From positions 320,001 to 384,000 of the forward strand of contig CAVTRC010000001.1 of NCBI GenBank assembly GCA_963737065.1: a stretch of 64,000 nt of DNA, in the 5' to 3' direction. Under the pieces are notes generated by a model that had not been told where the DNA came from, did no database searches, and saw only the letters and a list, made by a program, of their open reading frames with translations. Positions within the stretch are counted from its first letter, which is position 1. Each line of letters starts with the position of its first letter. The position numbers were made by a program, and so were the translations under genes. The DNA comes from Candidatus Eremiobacteria bacterium (lineage in GTDB: Bacteria > Vulcanimicrobiota > Vulcanimicrobiia > Vulcanimicrobiales > Vulcanimicrobiaceae). Shown here in pieces: positions 45,714-55,121 of the stretch.

Positions 45714-47084
45714 TTAGCTGCAGCCGTTTGCGGTCGTAAACAGCACGTATGCTTTTGCTCCGCCGACCGGCAGCAAACTCGTGATCGGCGCACCCATGAG
45801 ATCGGTATACGTGTGGCTCGGGAGCGTGATACGTTGCGTTCCGGCACCTCCATCGTTTGCAATGACGAACCCGTGCGTATACCGGCGATAGAACAGGTGT
45901 CCACTCGTTGCGTAGGCCGCACACGCGCTGCCGATGCGCGAATTGACCGTCGCGTACTGCGAGAAATACGACGGCAATCCGTACGGACCGCTCGTCACGA
46001 AAAACGCAGCGCGCCCGTCCGTGCCGAGCAGATCGGTTGCGATCGCCCACGCGAGTTGCGCGCTTGTGATGCCGGCCGTCGGCGTTCCGCTCCGGCTCGC
46101 CCCAAATTTGTCGATCGCCAAGAACGCCGGACCATGCGACTGCACGAACGTCATGTACCGCAACGTCGCGCCGAGCAGCGTCGGGTTTGTTGTATATTTC
46201 CCGTAGTCCGTGAAACCATCCTCATCGAGCTCCATATCGGCGTTGCTCATCAGCACGGCTTCATTTGCGGACGATGGATTGCCCAACGGATGATTGATCG
46301 CGAGCTTCACGTGGTGCGGTGCGAGAACCGGATCCGTCGTGAGAATGTGCTTCGCAACCTTCACCCAATTGGCGACATCGGTCGCCCACTTCGGATCGTA
46401 GTTCGGAAAGCCGGTCGTCGACGAACCCCATCTGCGCTCGAACTTCGTAAAATTCGGCCCCGCGTAGACGCCGCAACCGAACCATCCGGGTTCTTGATTC
46501 CCATCGTAGTCGAAGAACACCGTTTGATCGCTGCCGATCGCGTTGTTCTTGCGGCTGATCGCAGCGTTTGCTGCAAGATGAATTTGGTAGCTGATTACAT
46601 CAGGATTGCTGATATCGAGCGGAACGCCGGTCAGCCCCGGCTGAAACGCCACGGTTTTCGTGGGACGATTGCTCGTGTCGCAATCGTACACGACCCAACT
46701 CGGATGGTTGGCGGTAAACCAGCTGATGTTTTTGCCTGACAGCGACGGATCATCGACACCCTGATAAAAATAGAGGATGTTGGTCAAACTCGGGTTCGCC
46801 GCTTGCCATTGCGCCGCCGTTGGACCATGGACTCCGCTTCCACCGCCCCAAAGATACGTGATTTGCTTTGCCGCCGTTGGAACTTGCGAGGGCGTCATTG
46901 AGAAGTCGAACACCTGAAGTAAGCGCAGTGCCGGTACCGGCGCCGGCGTTGCTTCGCTTACGAACTCCGCACTCGGTGCGCGGGGCTCGTGCGCGGACGG
47001 CACCGGGGCCGGGCCACCGGAACACGCGGCAAACGCAAGCAAAATGACGCAAAGCCAGAACGGTTGCAACACAATACGCTTCAT
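45714..47084 (-). CDS. Lipoprotein, putative TIM-barrel glycoside hydrolase with a C-terminal beta domain
   Basis: Lipobox FAAC, HPSWVVY…LDISNP, IGSDQ, ELDEDGF and C-terminal YRRYTHGFVIAN motifs. Confidence 0.65.
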   Translation of the reverse strand: MKRIVLQPFWLCVILLAFAACSGGPAPVPSAHEPRAPSAEFVSEATPAPVPALRLLQVFDFSMTPSQVPTAAKQITYLWGGGSGVHGPTAAQWQAANPSLTNILYFYQGVDDPSLSGKNISWFTANHPSWVVYDCDTSNRPTKTVAFQPGLTGVPLDISNPDVISYQIHLAANAAISRKNNAIGSDQTVFFDYDGNQEPGWFGCGVYAGPNFTKFERRWGSSTTGFPNYDPKWATDVANWVKVAKHILTTDPVLAPHHVKLAINHPLGNPSSANEAVLMSNADMELDEDGFTDYGKYTTNPTLLGATLRYMTFVQSHGPAFLAIDKFGASRSGTPTAGITSAQLAWAIATDLLGTDGRAAFFVTSGPYGLPSYFSQYATVNSRIGSACAAYATSGHLFYRRYTHGFVIANDGGAGTQRITLPSHTYTDLMGAPITSLLPVGGAKAYVLFTTANGCS

Positions 47085-47222
47085 TGCAGCACCTCCGCAA
47101 CGAGGCTACCTCGCCGTAGGCTGCAGTTCCATTTACCTCCGGTAATGTTTCGCACCGTTCTTTTACGAAGTCTTTTGCGAAAACGGCGTTCGTTACCAAC
47201 GGTGCCGAGGCCGTGCAAGCGT

Positions 47223-47246
47223 GTTTGACTGTTCCGGCGGCGGTAA
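47223..47246 (+). promoter_or_regulatory. SigB-like promoter GTTT-N14-CGGTAA
   Basis: Upstream of a YsnF/AvaK-domain gene. Confidence 0.45.
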
Positions 47247-47278
47247 TAACTGCAGTCTCTACCGTTCCTGGAGGCATC

Positions 47279-48034
47279 ATGCAAGACCGTTCCACCACCA
47301 TCTACTTTTCCAACGACGACGATGCACGCGACGCGATGCGGGAATTGGAAACGAGCGGATACTCGAACGCGAGCATGCGTCTTGAACGCGCCGACGGCGA
47401 GCACGAGTCGGGCACGTTCATGGATAAGGTCAAAGAATTTTTTGGCGCGGCACCGCCAACCGATAGTTCGGTGAACGGCGTCTTCCTCGTTATCGACCGG
47501 CTGGACGCGGAGGCGGTCAACGTCTTACGCCGTTACGGCGGCCAATTCAACGAACCTCCGACCGGCGCTACGGACATCGCGAGCCCGACGTCAAGAATTG
47601 CTACGGACGCGACTACCGGCGACACCGATGAACAACGGTTGCGGCTGCATGAAGAGCGTCTGCAGATCGAAAAAGAGGCGCAGCAGCAGGGCGAATTCCG
47701 CGTACGCAAAGAGGTCGTCACCGAGACGCAACAGGTCGATGTCCCGGTCAGCCACGACGAGATTTATGTCGAGCGGCGCCCCGTTACCGGAAGCGATACC
47801 GGCACCGATGCGGCGACGATCAACGAAGAAGGCGAGATTCGCATACCGCTGACACGCGAGGAAGTGCATGTCGAGAAGAGACCCGTGACAACGGAAGAAA
47901 TCGTCGTCGGCAAGCAGCGCGTCACCGAAACACAAACCGTCGGAGCCGACGTTCGAAAAGAACGTGCGCGGATCGAGAGCGACGTCGACGTGGATTCCGC
48001 GAACGTGCGCGACAAGCTCAACGATAATCCGTAA
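47279..48034 (+). CDS. YsnF/AvaK (DUF2382) general stress protein
   Basis: LRLHEERLQIEK…VRKEVVTE…VPV…EEVHVEKRPV motifs. GGAGG SD. Confidence 0.9.
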   Translation: MQDRSTTIYFSNDDDARDAMRELETSGYSNASMRLERADGEHESGTFMDKVKEFFGAAPPTDSSVNGVFLVIDRLDAEAVNVLRRYGGQFNEPPTGATDIASPTSRIATDATTGDTDEQRLRLHEERLQIEKEAQQQGEFRVRKEVVTETQQVDVPVSHDEIYVERRPVTGSDTGTDAATINEEGEIRIPLTREEVHVEKRPVTTEEIVVGKQRVTETQTVGADVRKERARIESDVDVDSANVRDKLNDNP

Positions 48035-48458
48035 ACGAGTGGCAGTAGCGGAGTAAGTCAGGATCACAGTGATTGTCTGCGAACCAGCGTTGCAGAAATG
48101 CGATGCTGGTGTCGTAGGCTTTCACTTCGTCGTCTCCGCGGCTCTTTGGCGTGTCGGGTTTCTTACCTACGGGCTCGGGGCGATGCTCGCACGTCGCTCG
48201 GTGCACTGCCTCGTGCGTCTCAATGCCGTCCCGTATGACGCCGTGAGGGCGCATGGCTTCCCAGTACAAGGTTGTGTCGCACATTTGCACGTCGGTGAAG
48301 GCGAGTTTCATTACATCGTTCTTTCCGTTTGAAGCAGCCTTCCCAGCGGATTTCGGCGATTTAACGCGGTTTGAACCATCGCTAGAGAAGCCGGGGATAC
48401 CGGAAAGGGACTGGATCTGCGCAAGAACCGCAAGCGTCAGCGTGGACGATGCCACCAT
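48018..48458 (-). CDS. Hypothetical protein with a zincin-like HExxH…E motif (possibly a fragment)
   Basis: THEAVHRATC…DEVKAY. GGAG SD. Confidence 0.45.
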   Translation of the reverse strand: MVASSTLTLAVLAQIQSLSGIPGFSSDGSNRVKSPKSAGKAASNGKNDVMKLAFTDVQMCDTTLYWEAMRPHGVIRDGIETHEAVHRATCEHRPEPVGKKPDTPKSRGDDEVKAYDTSIAFLQRWFADNHCDPDLLRYCHSFTDYR

Positions 48459-48617
48459 ACCATCCACTCCTCTAGTACACAGCGTAGCAACGCGGCGTCC
48501 GGAAGGCGTGCGTTCTCGCAATGTGGGCGGCCGCACGGCAGCACGATTGAACGATGCGCCCTGCGCCCGAGATGGCTCAATCGCGTGCTGACGAACAGCT
48601 AAGGCATTACCGCACCC

Positions 48618-48935
48618 GTGCTCCGACGTCGTATGGTCAGAGAGCTTTACATCCACGAGATCAACGTCCCAGACGCTTCGGCGCGCGTCGAAATCGATGC
48701 GAACGTACCGGTGTTTCTTCTGACGTTTACTGCGTGCGCGACGTATCTTTTCGGCGGCCCGCTGGTCGCAATCAGAGGACCCTACGAGCAACGCCATATC
48801 GTCCTCGAACCGAAACAAAGCGGCTCATGGTATCTCGCCGGCTCGAGCCCTGGGAACGGAAAGTACCGATTGGTACTGAGTGAGCGCACAACCGATTGGG
48901 ATGAGTTCTATTTGAAAGTCTGCGGTTTCGGATAG
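48618..48935 (+). CDS. Small hypothetical beta-rich protein
   Basis: 105-aa ORF filling the gap. Weak resemblance to DUF1883-like proteins, unverified. Confidence 0.35.
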   Translation: MLRRRMVRELYIHEINVPDASARVEIDANVPVFLLTFTACATYLFGGPLVAIRGPYEQRHIVLEPKQSGSWYLAGSSPGNGKYRLVLSERTTDWDEFYLKVCGFG

Positions 48936-48984
48936 GGCGACGTAATGGGTAGAATCTTGAGGTCCATCCGCGGAGGTCTTTTGC

Positions 48985-49512
48985 ATGAACGAGAGTGGCA
49001 ATCGCAGCAGTGAGCGTGGAAGCGTCGAACCGCGACGAAGCGGCATGCTCGGCCTGGGAAACCTTTTCGATATCGATCCGTTCCGCGCGTTTTTTCCCGG
49101 TAACTGGAATCAAACGCTCGGGATGAACGTGACGCGTCGAGAGAACGGATATGAGATCGAGATGCCGGTCCCCGGTTTCCGCCCGGAAGATCTTGACGTG
49201 AGTTACCAAGACGGCGTCATCACGGTAAGCGGACGCAACGATCGGCGAACGTTTACCCGATCGCTCACCGTTCCCGACGACATCGACGAGGAAAACATTC
49301 AAGCAACGGTCGAGCACGGAATGTTGGTATTGACGCTGAGTGAAACACCGCAGAAACAGGCTCGCCGGATTCCCGTTTCAACAGGCGCCGCAGGGACGCA
49401 GCCGAGCGGCGGTTCACAAACGTCGCAAACGACGACGGGAACAGCCGGGACCGACAGCGGCGCAACGACGACGAGCAGCTCGGGAACGTCGCGCTCGAGC
49501 GGTACCAGCTAA
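48985..49512 (+). CDS. Hsp20/alpha-crystallin small heat-shock protein with a Ser/Thr/Gly-rich tail
   Basis: VPGFRPEDLDV, FTRSLTVP and ATVEHGMLVLTL…RRIPV motifs. GGAGG SD. Confidence 0.92.
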   Translation: MNESGNRSSERGSVEPRRSGMLGLGNLFDIDPFRAFFPGNWNQTLGMNVTRRENGYEIEMPVPGFRPEDLDVSYQDGVITVSGRNDRRTFTRSLTVPDDIDEENIQATVEHGMLVLTLSETPQKQARRIPVSTGAAGTQPSGGSQTSQTTTGTAGTDSGATTTSSSGTSRSSGTS

Positions 49513-49520
49513 CACGTGAG

Positions 49521-49545
49521 AAGGCCCGATACATCGGGCCTTTTT
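49521..49545 (+). terminator. Intrinsic terminator
   Basis: AAGGCCCGAT-AC-ATCGGGCCTT inverted repeat followed by a T run, between convergent genes. Confidence 0.8.
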
Positions 49546-50266
49546 ACGAACGTCTGGCCTTGTCGTCCGTGGTCGAGGTGCCAATGCTGCGAACGAATAG
49601 CACGAGCAATCCGATACCGAATAGCCATGCCACCAAACCTTCGGCGACCGGTCCGATGTGCGCGAGCGGTACGCCGCCGGCATCGATACTATACGGTTGA
49701 TCGGATTGCGTCTGCACGTAGTTGATGTAGCGCGCGATGTCGCTGACATCTTGGTCGCTCAACACGTCAGGCCCAAAGCGCGGCATGATCTCGGGTCCCG
49801 AGCGAATCGCTTCGGCAACTTGAAATACCGTCGCATTCATCAACGACGGCGCAACGTTGTCGTACCCGACCGATGCTCCATTGCCGACGGCGCCGTGACA
49901 ATGCGCACAGTTCTCGTTGAAGAGCGCGCGCCCGTGCGCAATATTTCCCGGCAGAATCGTTGGAAGTCTCGAATCGGACGAGCCGTGCGTGAAGGACTGC
50001 ACGTACCTGACGATCGCGGTCATTTGCGGGAACGTAAACCGCGGTGCTTTATGGATCTCGTTGATATACGGCACCGCGGCCGGCATGCGCCCCGTATCGA
50101 GCATCAAATGGATGTCTGCCGCGGACTTGCCGATAAGCGGCGGCGCGACGGCGGACCCTTGACCGCGCTCACCGTGACACGACGAACAATGCGTCATGTA
50201 TAACGTCTGTCCGTCATTCGGCAAGCCTTGCACTGCCAGTACGAGCGCGATCGCGGCCAAGATCAT
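49544..50266 (-). CDS. Diheme c-type cytochrome, QcrC-like
   Basis: CSSCH and CAHCH, TGRMP, and GPVAEGLVAW before a C-terminal TM segment. Confidence 0.88.
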   Translation of the reverse strand: MILAAIALVLAVQGLPNDGQTLYMTHCSSCHGERGQGSAVAPPLIGKSAADIHLMLDTGRMPAAVPYINEIHKAPRFTFPQMTAIVRYVQSFTHGSSDSRLPTILPGNIAHGRALFNENCAHCHGAVGNGASVGYDNVAPSLMNATVFQVAEAIRSGPEIMPRFGPDVLSDQDVSDIARYINYVQTQSDQPYSIDAGGVPLAHIGPVAEGLVAWLFGIGLLVLFVRSIGTSTTDDKARRS

Positions 50267-50318
50267 CGTAAAAACAGCGTTCCCCAATTGTGGGTAAAAC
50301 GCACGTGCAGGAGGAGCC

Positions 50319-50669
50319 ATGCCACGTCGTCTCTGCGCGGGCCTTGCATTGATCGCCATCGCATTGTGCGGATGCGCGCCGGCGGTCGCCGAAAAAACCG
50401 ACACGAGCATCGGAACGTCGACGACGCTCGGCGGTGATGCAAAGATCGGCGCACAACTCTACAAAAGCAATTGCGCTACGTGCCATGGCCCAACCGGCGT
50501 GGAAGGCGGCGTCATCGGCCCCTCACTACGCAACGAAAGATCGCGCATGGACTTCGCGACAACGGACTCGTGGATCAAAGACCCCGAACCGCCCATGCCG
50601 AAACTCTATCCGCAATCACTAACCGACACCCAAGTCCGCGACCTAACCGCGTACGTTCAGACGCTCTAA
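50319..50669 (+). CDS. Monoheme class I cytochrome c lipoprotein
   Basis: Lipobox LCGC, CATCH, GPSL and PMP axial Met. AGGAGG SD. Confidence 0.9.
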   Translation: MPRRLCAGLALIAIALCGCAPAVAEKTDTSIGTSTTLGGDAKIGAQLYKSNCATCHGPTGVEGGVIGPSLRNERSRMDFATTDSWIKDPEPPMPKLYPQSLTDTQVRDLTAYVQTL

Positions 50670-50672
50670 CGT

Positions 50673-51236
50673 TCACACGCGCGTTAATCGGATGTCAACC
50701 TCACGGTCGACATAGCGCCACTCCGTGCTCTCGCGCAGGCGCCGAACAAGCACTTCGAACGCATCACTCTGTTCCGGCGCATATTGAAACCAAGTAAGGA
50801 AATCGAACGGCTCGCGAACATCGCGGCTGTGGTATAGGCGACGCGCGATGGCCGGCAGATATTCCGAACCGATTTCTATGTGGTGCGATCGCTCTTCGAA
50901 AATCGCGCGCCGCTCATCCTGAGCGAGCTTCCACCATGCCTCGTTCTTTCGAATCGGAATCAGAGCAGCTCGCGTCGCTTCGGCGTGTGGCAAGGCGTGC
51001 GTACGTTGCGCAAGCGAAGTGGCTTCCGCGCGCGTCGTATAACGAACGTTGCTCGTAACGCCTCGCAAGCTCCAGCGCGAGTCCCGGCCGGTAGGACACG
51101 GTAGGTCTTCCACTACGTCAAGCCGGTCAGCGAGTGGAAGGCCCTCACCGACAACTGCACTGATTCGTTCGATGCACCACGTGCCGTGATTACCGGCGAT
51201 GAAGCTAACCGCGAAAACCGACGCCGGCTCTTGCAT
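50673..51236 (-). CDS. cld: Chlorite dismutase, short (clade/lineage II) type
   Basis: IPIRKNEAWW…ERR…SHH…IARRLYH…EPFDFLTWF…EWRYVDREVDIRL. The proximal His and an Arg 13 residues later are conserved. Confidence 0.85.
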   Translation of the reverse strand: MQEPASVFAVSFIAGNHGTWCIERISAVVGEGLPLADRLDVVEDLPCPTGRDSRWSLRGVTSNVRYTTRAEATSLAQRTHALPHAEATRAALIPIRKNEAWWKLAQDERRAIFEERSHHIEIGSEYLPAIARRLYHSRDVREPFDFLTWFQYAPEQSDAFEVLVRRLRESTEWRYVDREVDIRLTRV

Positions 51237-51354
51237 ACTGCTATACGTTGGTTCAGGTTAGAGTGAACCCTTCGAGTCGCCGACACTTCCAGCGAGCGTG
51301 AGCGAGAACCAAGCCGCTCGATGAGCGTAACGCGAGGTTAAGGAGAAGTGTCGC

Positions 51355-51846
51355 ATGTCACAGCGACGTGTATCTCACGTTCTACGGAGCATGCATACGC
51401 CGCCGCCCGCCTATGTGTCGCGCGCTTGCGCAGCACCGCATCACCGCGAATTCGATTATTTTCTCGGAAACTTCATCGTGTTCAATAGAGCGGGAAAGCA
51501 AATCGGAACCGACGAGGTGACATCCGAGATGGATGGTTGTGCGCTGCTCGAACACTGGCACGGCCATACCGTTCAAGGCGTCGGCTATTCCGGCTACGAC
51601 GACACGCGCAAACAATGGCTGCAAACGTTCTTCCAGAACGACGGAACCGTATTGATCTTCCGCGGAAATATGACGAGCGACGGCATGCTGATCTCAGGCG
51701 TCGACTATCCGAAACGCGGCGTAACCGAGCAGAATCGCGTCTTATTCCGGCGCCTTTCGAACGGCTTCGAAGAATACTGGACGGCATCGACCGACAATGG
51801 TCGAACCTGGCACGTCGTCTTTGACGGCTTCTTTCGTCGCCGCTGA
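51355..51846 (+). CDS. Hypothetical beta-barrel protein (DUF1579-like)
   Basis: HREFDYFLG, GCALLEHW and STDNGRTW motifs. AAGGAG SD. Confidence 0.7.
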   Translation: MSQRRVSHVLRSMHTPPPAYVSRACAAPHHREFDYFLGNFIVFNRAGKQIGTDEVTSEMDGCALLEHWHGHTVQGVGYSGYDDTRKQWLQTFFQNDGTVLIFRGNMTSDGMLISGVDYPKRGVTEQNRVLFRRLSNGFEEYWTASTDNGRTWHVVFDGFFRRR

Positions 51847-51894
51847 GCTCTTCGTTCTCCTCACGTTCCGCAGTTGTCCAGGACAAACCACGAC

Positions 51895-51919
51895 GTGTTA
51901 TTCCGCAAGCGGCGGGTAT
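51895..51919 (+). promoter_or_regulatory. SigB-like promoter GTGTTA-N13-GGGTAT
   Basis: Upstream of a ferritin-like stress gene. Confidence 0.45.
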
Positions 51920-51982
51920 ACCGAGCATGCCGGCGTTCCGGCAGTTTCACACTCCGCGCACTGGATAAGGATTTTGGAAACT

Positions 51983-52600
51983 ATGCAAGATGAAAAGCAC
52001 AGCCTTCAGACGTACGTGAGCGATATGCTCGCGTTGGAGCGGCACGTGCGCATTCCGTTCGAAACGCAGACGAAGGACGACGACTTTTCGAAGTACGGCT
52101 CGGCCGACCGGTTGGTCTCGCAGATTCTTTCAACGTCACAACAGCATATCGACGCGCTGGAAACGTGTCTCGAACGGCTTGGCGGGCACGCAGCGGCACC
52201 CGTTAAAGACACGGTCTCTCAAGTCGAGGGCTTCTTCGCCGGCGCGATCGACAAGATGCGCAAAACGAAGGTGTCGAAAGCACTTCGCGACGACTATACG
52301 GCCCTGGCGTTGTGCACGGCTGGATACACGATGTTGCAGGCGACGGCAACCGCAATGCATGACACGACGGTCGCGCAGCTCGCACAGCTGCACTTAGAAG
52401 ACTACGCAAGCCTCGTGATGCGAATCGGACGCGAACTTCCCACGGTCGTTATCGCGGAACTTGCCGATACGGGCCTCGCAGTTGATCCGACGATGGCCAC
52501 GCCCGCGACGCAAGCGACAGAACAAGCATGGAGAAACGGCGCGCAACGTACGTCAACCCAAACGGGCGACATCGGGTCAAACGCTTCCGCCACCGTGTAA
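51983..52600 (+). CDS. Ferritin-like (DUF892-type) stress protein
   Basis: YVSDMLALERH, QHIDALE…LGG and LRDDY…YTML four-helix pattern. Confidence 0.8.
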   Translation: MQDEKHSLQTYVSDMLALERHVRIPFETQTKDDDFSKYGSADRLVSQILSTSQQHIDALETCLERLGGHAAAPVKDTVSQVEGFFAGAIDKMRKTKVSKALRDDYTALALCTAGYTMLQATATAMHDTTVAQLAQLHLEDYASLVMRIGRELPTVVIAELADTGLAVDPTMATPATQATEQAWRNGAQRTSTQTGDIGSNASATV

Positions 52601-54052
52601 CGTAGCAGCGCGAAACACTCCAATGGCGCGATCGCGCGCTTCACGGTGATCCACAATGGGCGCCGGATAATTGCGCCCGATCACAACGTCAATACTAGCC
52701 TGAAGCAGCGGAGGCATCGTCCACGGCGCGTGAACGAATTCGCTTGGCACATTGCGAAGCTCTGAAACGAACTGCTTGATGTAGAGGCCGTCGGGATCAA
52801 ACCGGCGGCCTTGTGCAATGGGGTTGAAGATTCGAAAATACGGGGCCGCGTCCGTCCCCGTTGAAGCGGCCCACTGCCAACCGCCGTTATTTTGTGCACG
52901 ATCCGCGTCGATGAGACGACGTTCGAAATACCGTTCACCGCGGCGCCAATCGATGAGCAGATGCTTGGTAAGAAACGACGCCGTAATCATGCGCAGGCGG
53001 TTATGCATCCAGCCCGTGGAGTTGAGTTGCCGCATGCCGGCGTCCACAATCGGATACCCGGTCTGTCCATCGCACCAGGCGTCGAACGCTCCATTCGCCG
53101 ATTCCCAAGCGATGGGTCGAAGCTTCAAAAAGTTCGATGTTGTTACGGCGGGAAAGTTCTTCAAGATCATTTGATAAAAGTCGCGCCAGATCAATTCGTC
53201 GACCCACGCCTGCACGCCGGCGCTCGCCCCACCATCCGCGGCCTCGCAGAAACGATACGCCGACTCGACACACGTGCGAATTCCGATCGTTCCGGCTCGG
53301 AGATGAACCGACAATCGCGACGTGCCTTCCTTCGAAGGAACGTTGCGGCGATCAGCGTACCGCGCAACCGTTTCGCTCAAGAACTCCGCCAGACGCGCGT
53401 GCGCGATCGCTTCACTAACGCGCGTAGCGACGCCGAAGCTCTCGAACCCGTAGTCGTGCGGTTTCGGCAGCGCGCCCGTTATATCGAGCGAATCGCAGCG
53501 CATGAGACGGTTTCTCAGTGCAGCGCGCGACGGTACCGGATGACGCGGGCTAACGGCTCGCTGTTCGCGCCACCGCCGTCTATACGGCGAAAAGATTCGG
53601 TACGGCGATCCGTCCGCGCTCAGCACTTCGTCTGCTCCGAAATAGACGTGATCGACGAACGTCTGAACGGCAACGCCCTCACGTTCGAGCGCCGCGCGCA
53701 CAACCGTATCGCGGTCAATCGCGTCCGGCTCATAGTCGACGTTATAGAAGAGCGCTTGCGCGCGCACGCGCTTGATGAGCGTAAGTAACTCTGCTTCGAA
53801 GTCGCCCGTGAGTACAACCAGGTCGCTGCCATAGCTTCGAATGTCACGCCGCAGGCCTTCTAACGCGTCGAAGAACGCCGTAACGAGCGGCGCTCCCATT
53901 CGATCGTCGCGAAGCAGCGGCGGATTTACGACAAACGCGATGCAGACGCGACGGCTGGAGCGACAGGCTTCGAAGAGCGCGACGTTATCAGTAAGCCGAA
54001 GATCGCGACGCAGCCAGACGACACTCGTCTCGTAACGATGCGCCTCAGTCAC
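52577..54052 (-). CDS. phrB: Class I CPD DNA photolyase
   Basis: VWLRRDLRLTDN, TSRLS, ELIWRDFY, TGYPIVDAGMRQL, GWMHNRLRM and NNGGWQW motifs. Confidence 0.95.
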   Translation of the reverse strand: MTEAHRYETSVVWLRRDLRLTDNVALFEACRSSRRVCIAFVVNPPLLRDDRMGAPLVTAFFDALEGLRRDIRSYGSDLVVLTGDFEAELLTLIKRVRAQALFYNVDYEPDAIDRDTVVRAALEREGVAVQTFVDHVYFGADEVLSADGSPYRIFSPYRRRWREQRAVSPRHPVPSRAALRNRLMRCDSLDITGALPKPHDYGFESFGVATRVSEAIAHARLAEFLSETVARYADRRNVPSKEGTSRLSVHLRAGTIGIRTCVESAYRFCEAADGGASAGVQAWVDELIWRDFYQMILKNFPAVTTSNFLKLRPIAWESANGAFDAWCDGQTGYPIVDAGMRQLNSTGWMHNRLRMITASFLTKHLLIDWRRGERYFERRLIDADRAQNNGGWQWAASTGTDAAPYFRIFNPIAQGRRFDPDGLYIKQFVSELRNVPSEFVHAPWTMPPLLQASIDVVIGRNYPAPIVDHREARDRAIGVFRAATLHGGGSV

Positions 54053-54053
54053 G

Positions 54054-54938
54054 TTAGCGCTCGTCCAAGTTTTCGCAGAACGATGCGAGCGTTTCCAATC
54101 GCAACACGTCGCCGTGCCACCGGTCGACACTCGAGACGCCGGCGCCCCCGACCCACACCTGCATTCGGCTCGGAGCTCGCGCGCGAAGCGACGCCACGAA
54201 GTCTGTAGCCGAACCGGCGAGATCGCGCAGCGTGACACCGATCACGATGGTCGAGGGCGCAATGTATCGAGCCGCACGCAGCACCTCGGCAACCGGAACT
54301 TGTGGCCCGAGCACGCACGGTTTCACACCGCGCATCGACGCCAAGAATGCCGCGAGCGCAATGCCGAATTCGTGCGGTTCACCCGGCGGTGTCGCAAAGA
54401 GCATCGTCGTGCCGTTCTCGATCGGACGCAGCCGCATCATGCTGCCGAGCAAGTTACGAACCAACACGGATATCAAATGTTCTTGCGCAATGCTGAAGTA
54501 ACCACGCTCCCAAAGGCGCCCGACGCGATTCATAAGCGGCGTTAAAACGTTGACAACGAGACTTTCGGGCGACTGCAGCAGTGCCGCCGCGCTGAGCAAC
54601 TCTTCCGCGTGCCGCACATCGTAACGCCGGATGCTTTGGAGGATCTTGCCGACAACCCGGTTTCCGCCGGAACCGCGTTCCTCGTCCTTTTCGCGCACGA
54701 TAACGAGCGATCGAAGTTCTTCGTCAGAAAGTGAAGCCAGCGTACGGATAGGATGGCCGAGCGCCGTCGCAGAGCGCGCGAGCTCCAAGCGTTCGATGTC
54801 GGTCTCTCCGTAACGCCGGTTGCCGCTCGGATCGCGGCGCGGCGTTACGATCCGGTAGCGGCGCTCCCATGCACGCAAAGTCTCAACCGAAAGACCGGTA
54901 CGCTTGGCAGCGGCCGCAATCGAATACGTGGCTATCAT
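54054..54938 (-). CDS. MerR-family cobalamin-binding photoreceptor/repressor (CarH/LitR-like)
   Basis: MerR HTH (TLRAWERRY), W-x9-EH (WERGYFSIAQEH) and ExHxxG (EPHEFG). Confidence 0.9.
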   Translation of the reverse strand: MIATYSIAAAAKRTGLSVETLRAWERRYRIVTPRRDPSGNRRYGETDIERLELARSATALGHPIRTLASLSDEELRSLVIVREKDEERGSGGNRVVGKILQSIRRYDVRHAEELLSAAALLQSPESLVVNVLTPLMNRVGRLWERGYFSIAQEHLISVLVRNLLGSMMRLRPIENGTTMLFATPPGEPHEFGIALAAFLASMRGVKPCVLGPQVPVAEVLRAARYIAPSTIVIGVTLRDLAGSATDFVASLRARAPSRMQVWVGGAGVSSVDRWHGDVLRLETLASFCENLDER

Positions 54939-54948
54939 GACACGCCGA

Positions 54949-54995
54949 AGCGTACCGTAACGCGCACACTGTTGTCTAGCCTTTGTTCAGGACAA
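54949..54995 (-). promoter_or_regulatory. Promoter TAGACA-N18-TACGCT overlapped by CarH-type TnnACA repeats
   Basis: TGAACA (54989-54984) and TAGACA (54978-54973) at an 11-bp period, plus the palindrome TTGT-TCAGG-ACAA. Confidence 0.5.
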
Positions 54996-55121
54996 GCAGC
55001 GAACGAAAACGGCTACCGTGCGGCTCCCTGGTTCAGTACATAGCATCTTGTGCCGTGGAGGAACGGAGGTTACGCTCAACACTGAGCCGAGGCATCCGTT
55101 TGATGCATGCGGGGTGCAGTT

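Noticed and set aside
50279..50297. SigB-like promoters between the two cytochrome genes
   Set aside because: GGGTAA and GGGAAC are present, but the -35 spacing (9-12 nt) is too short.
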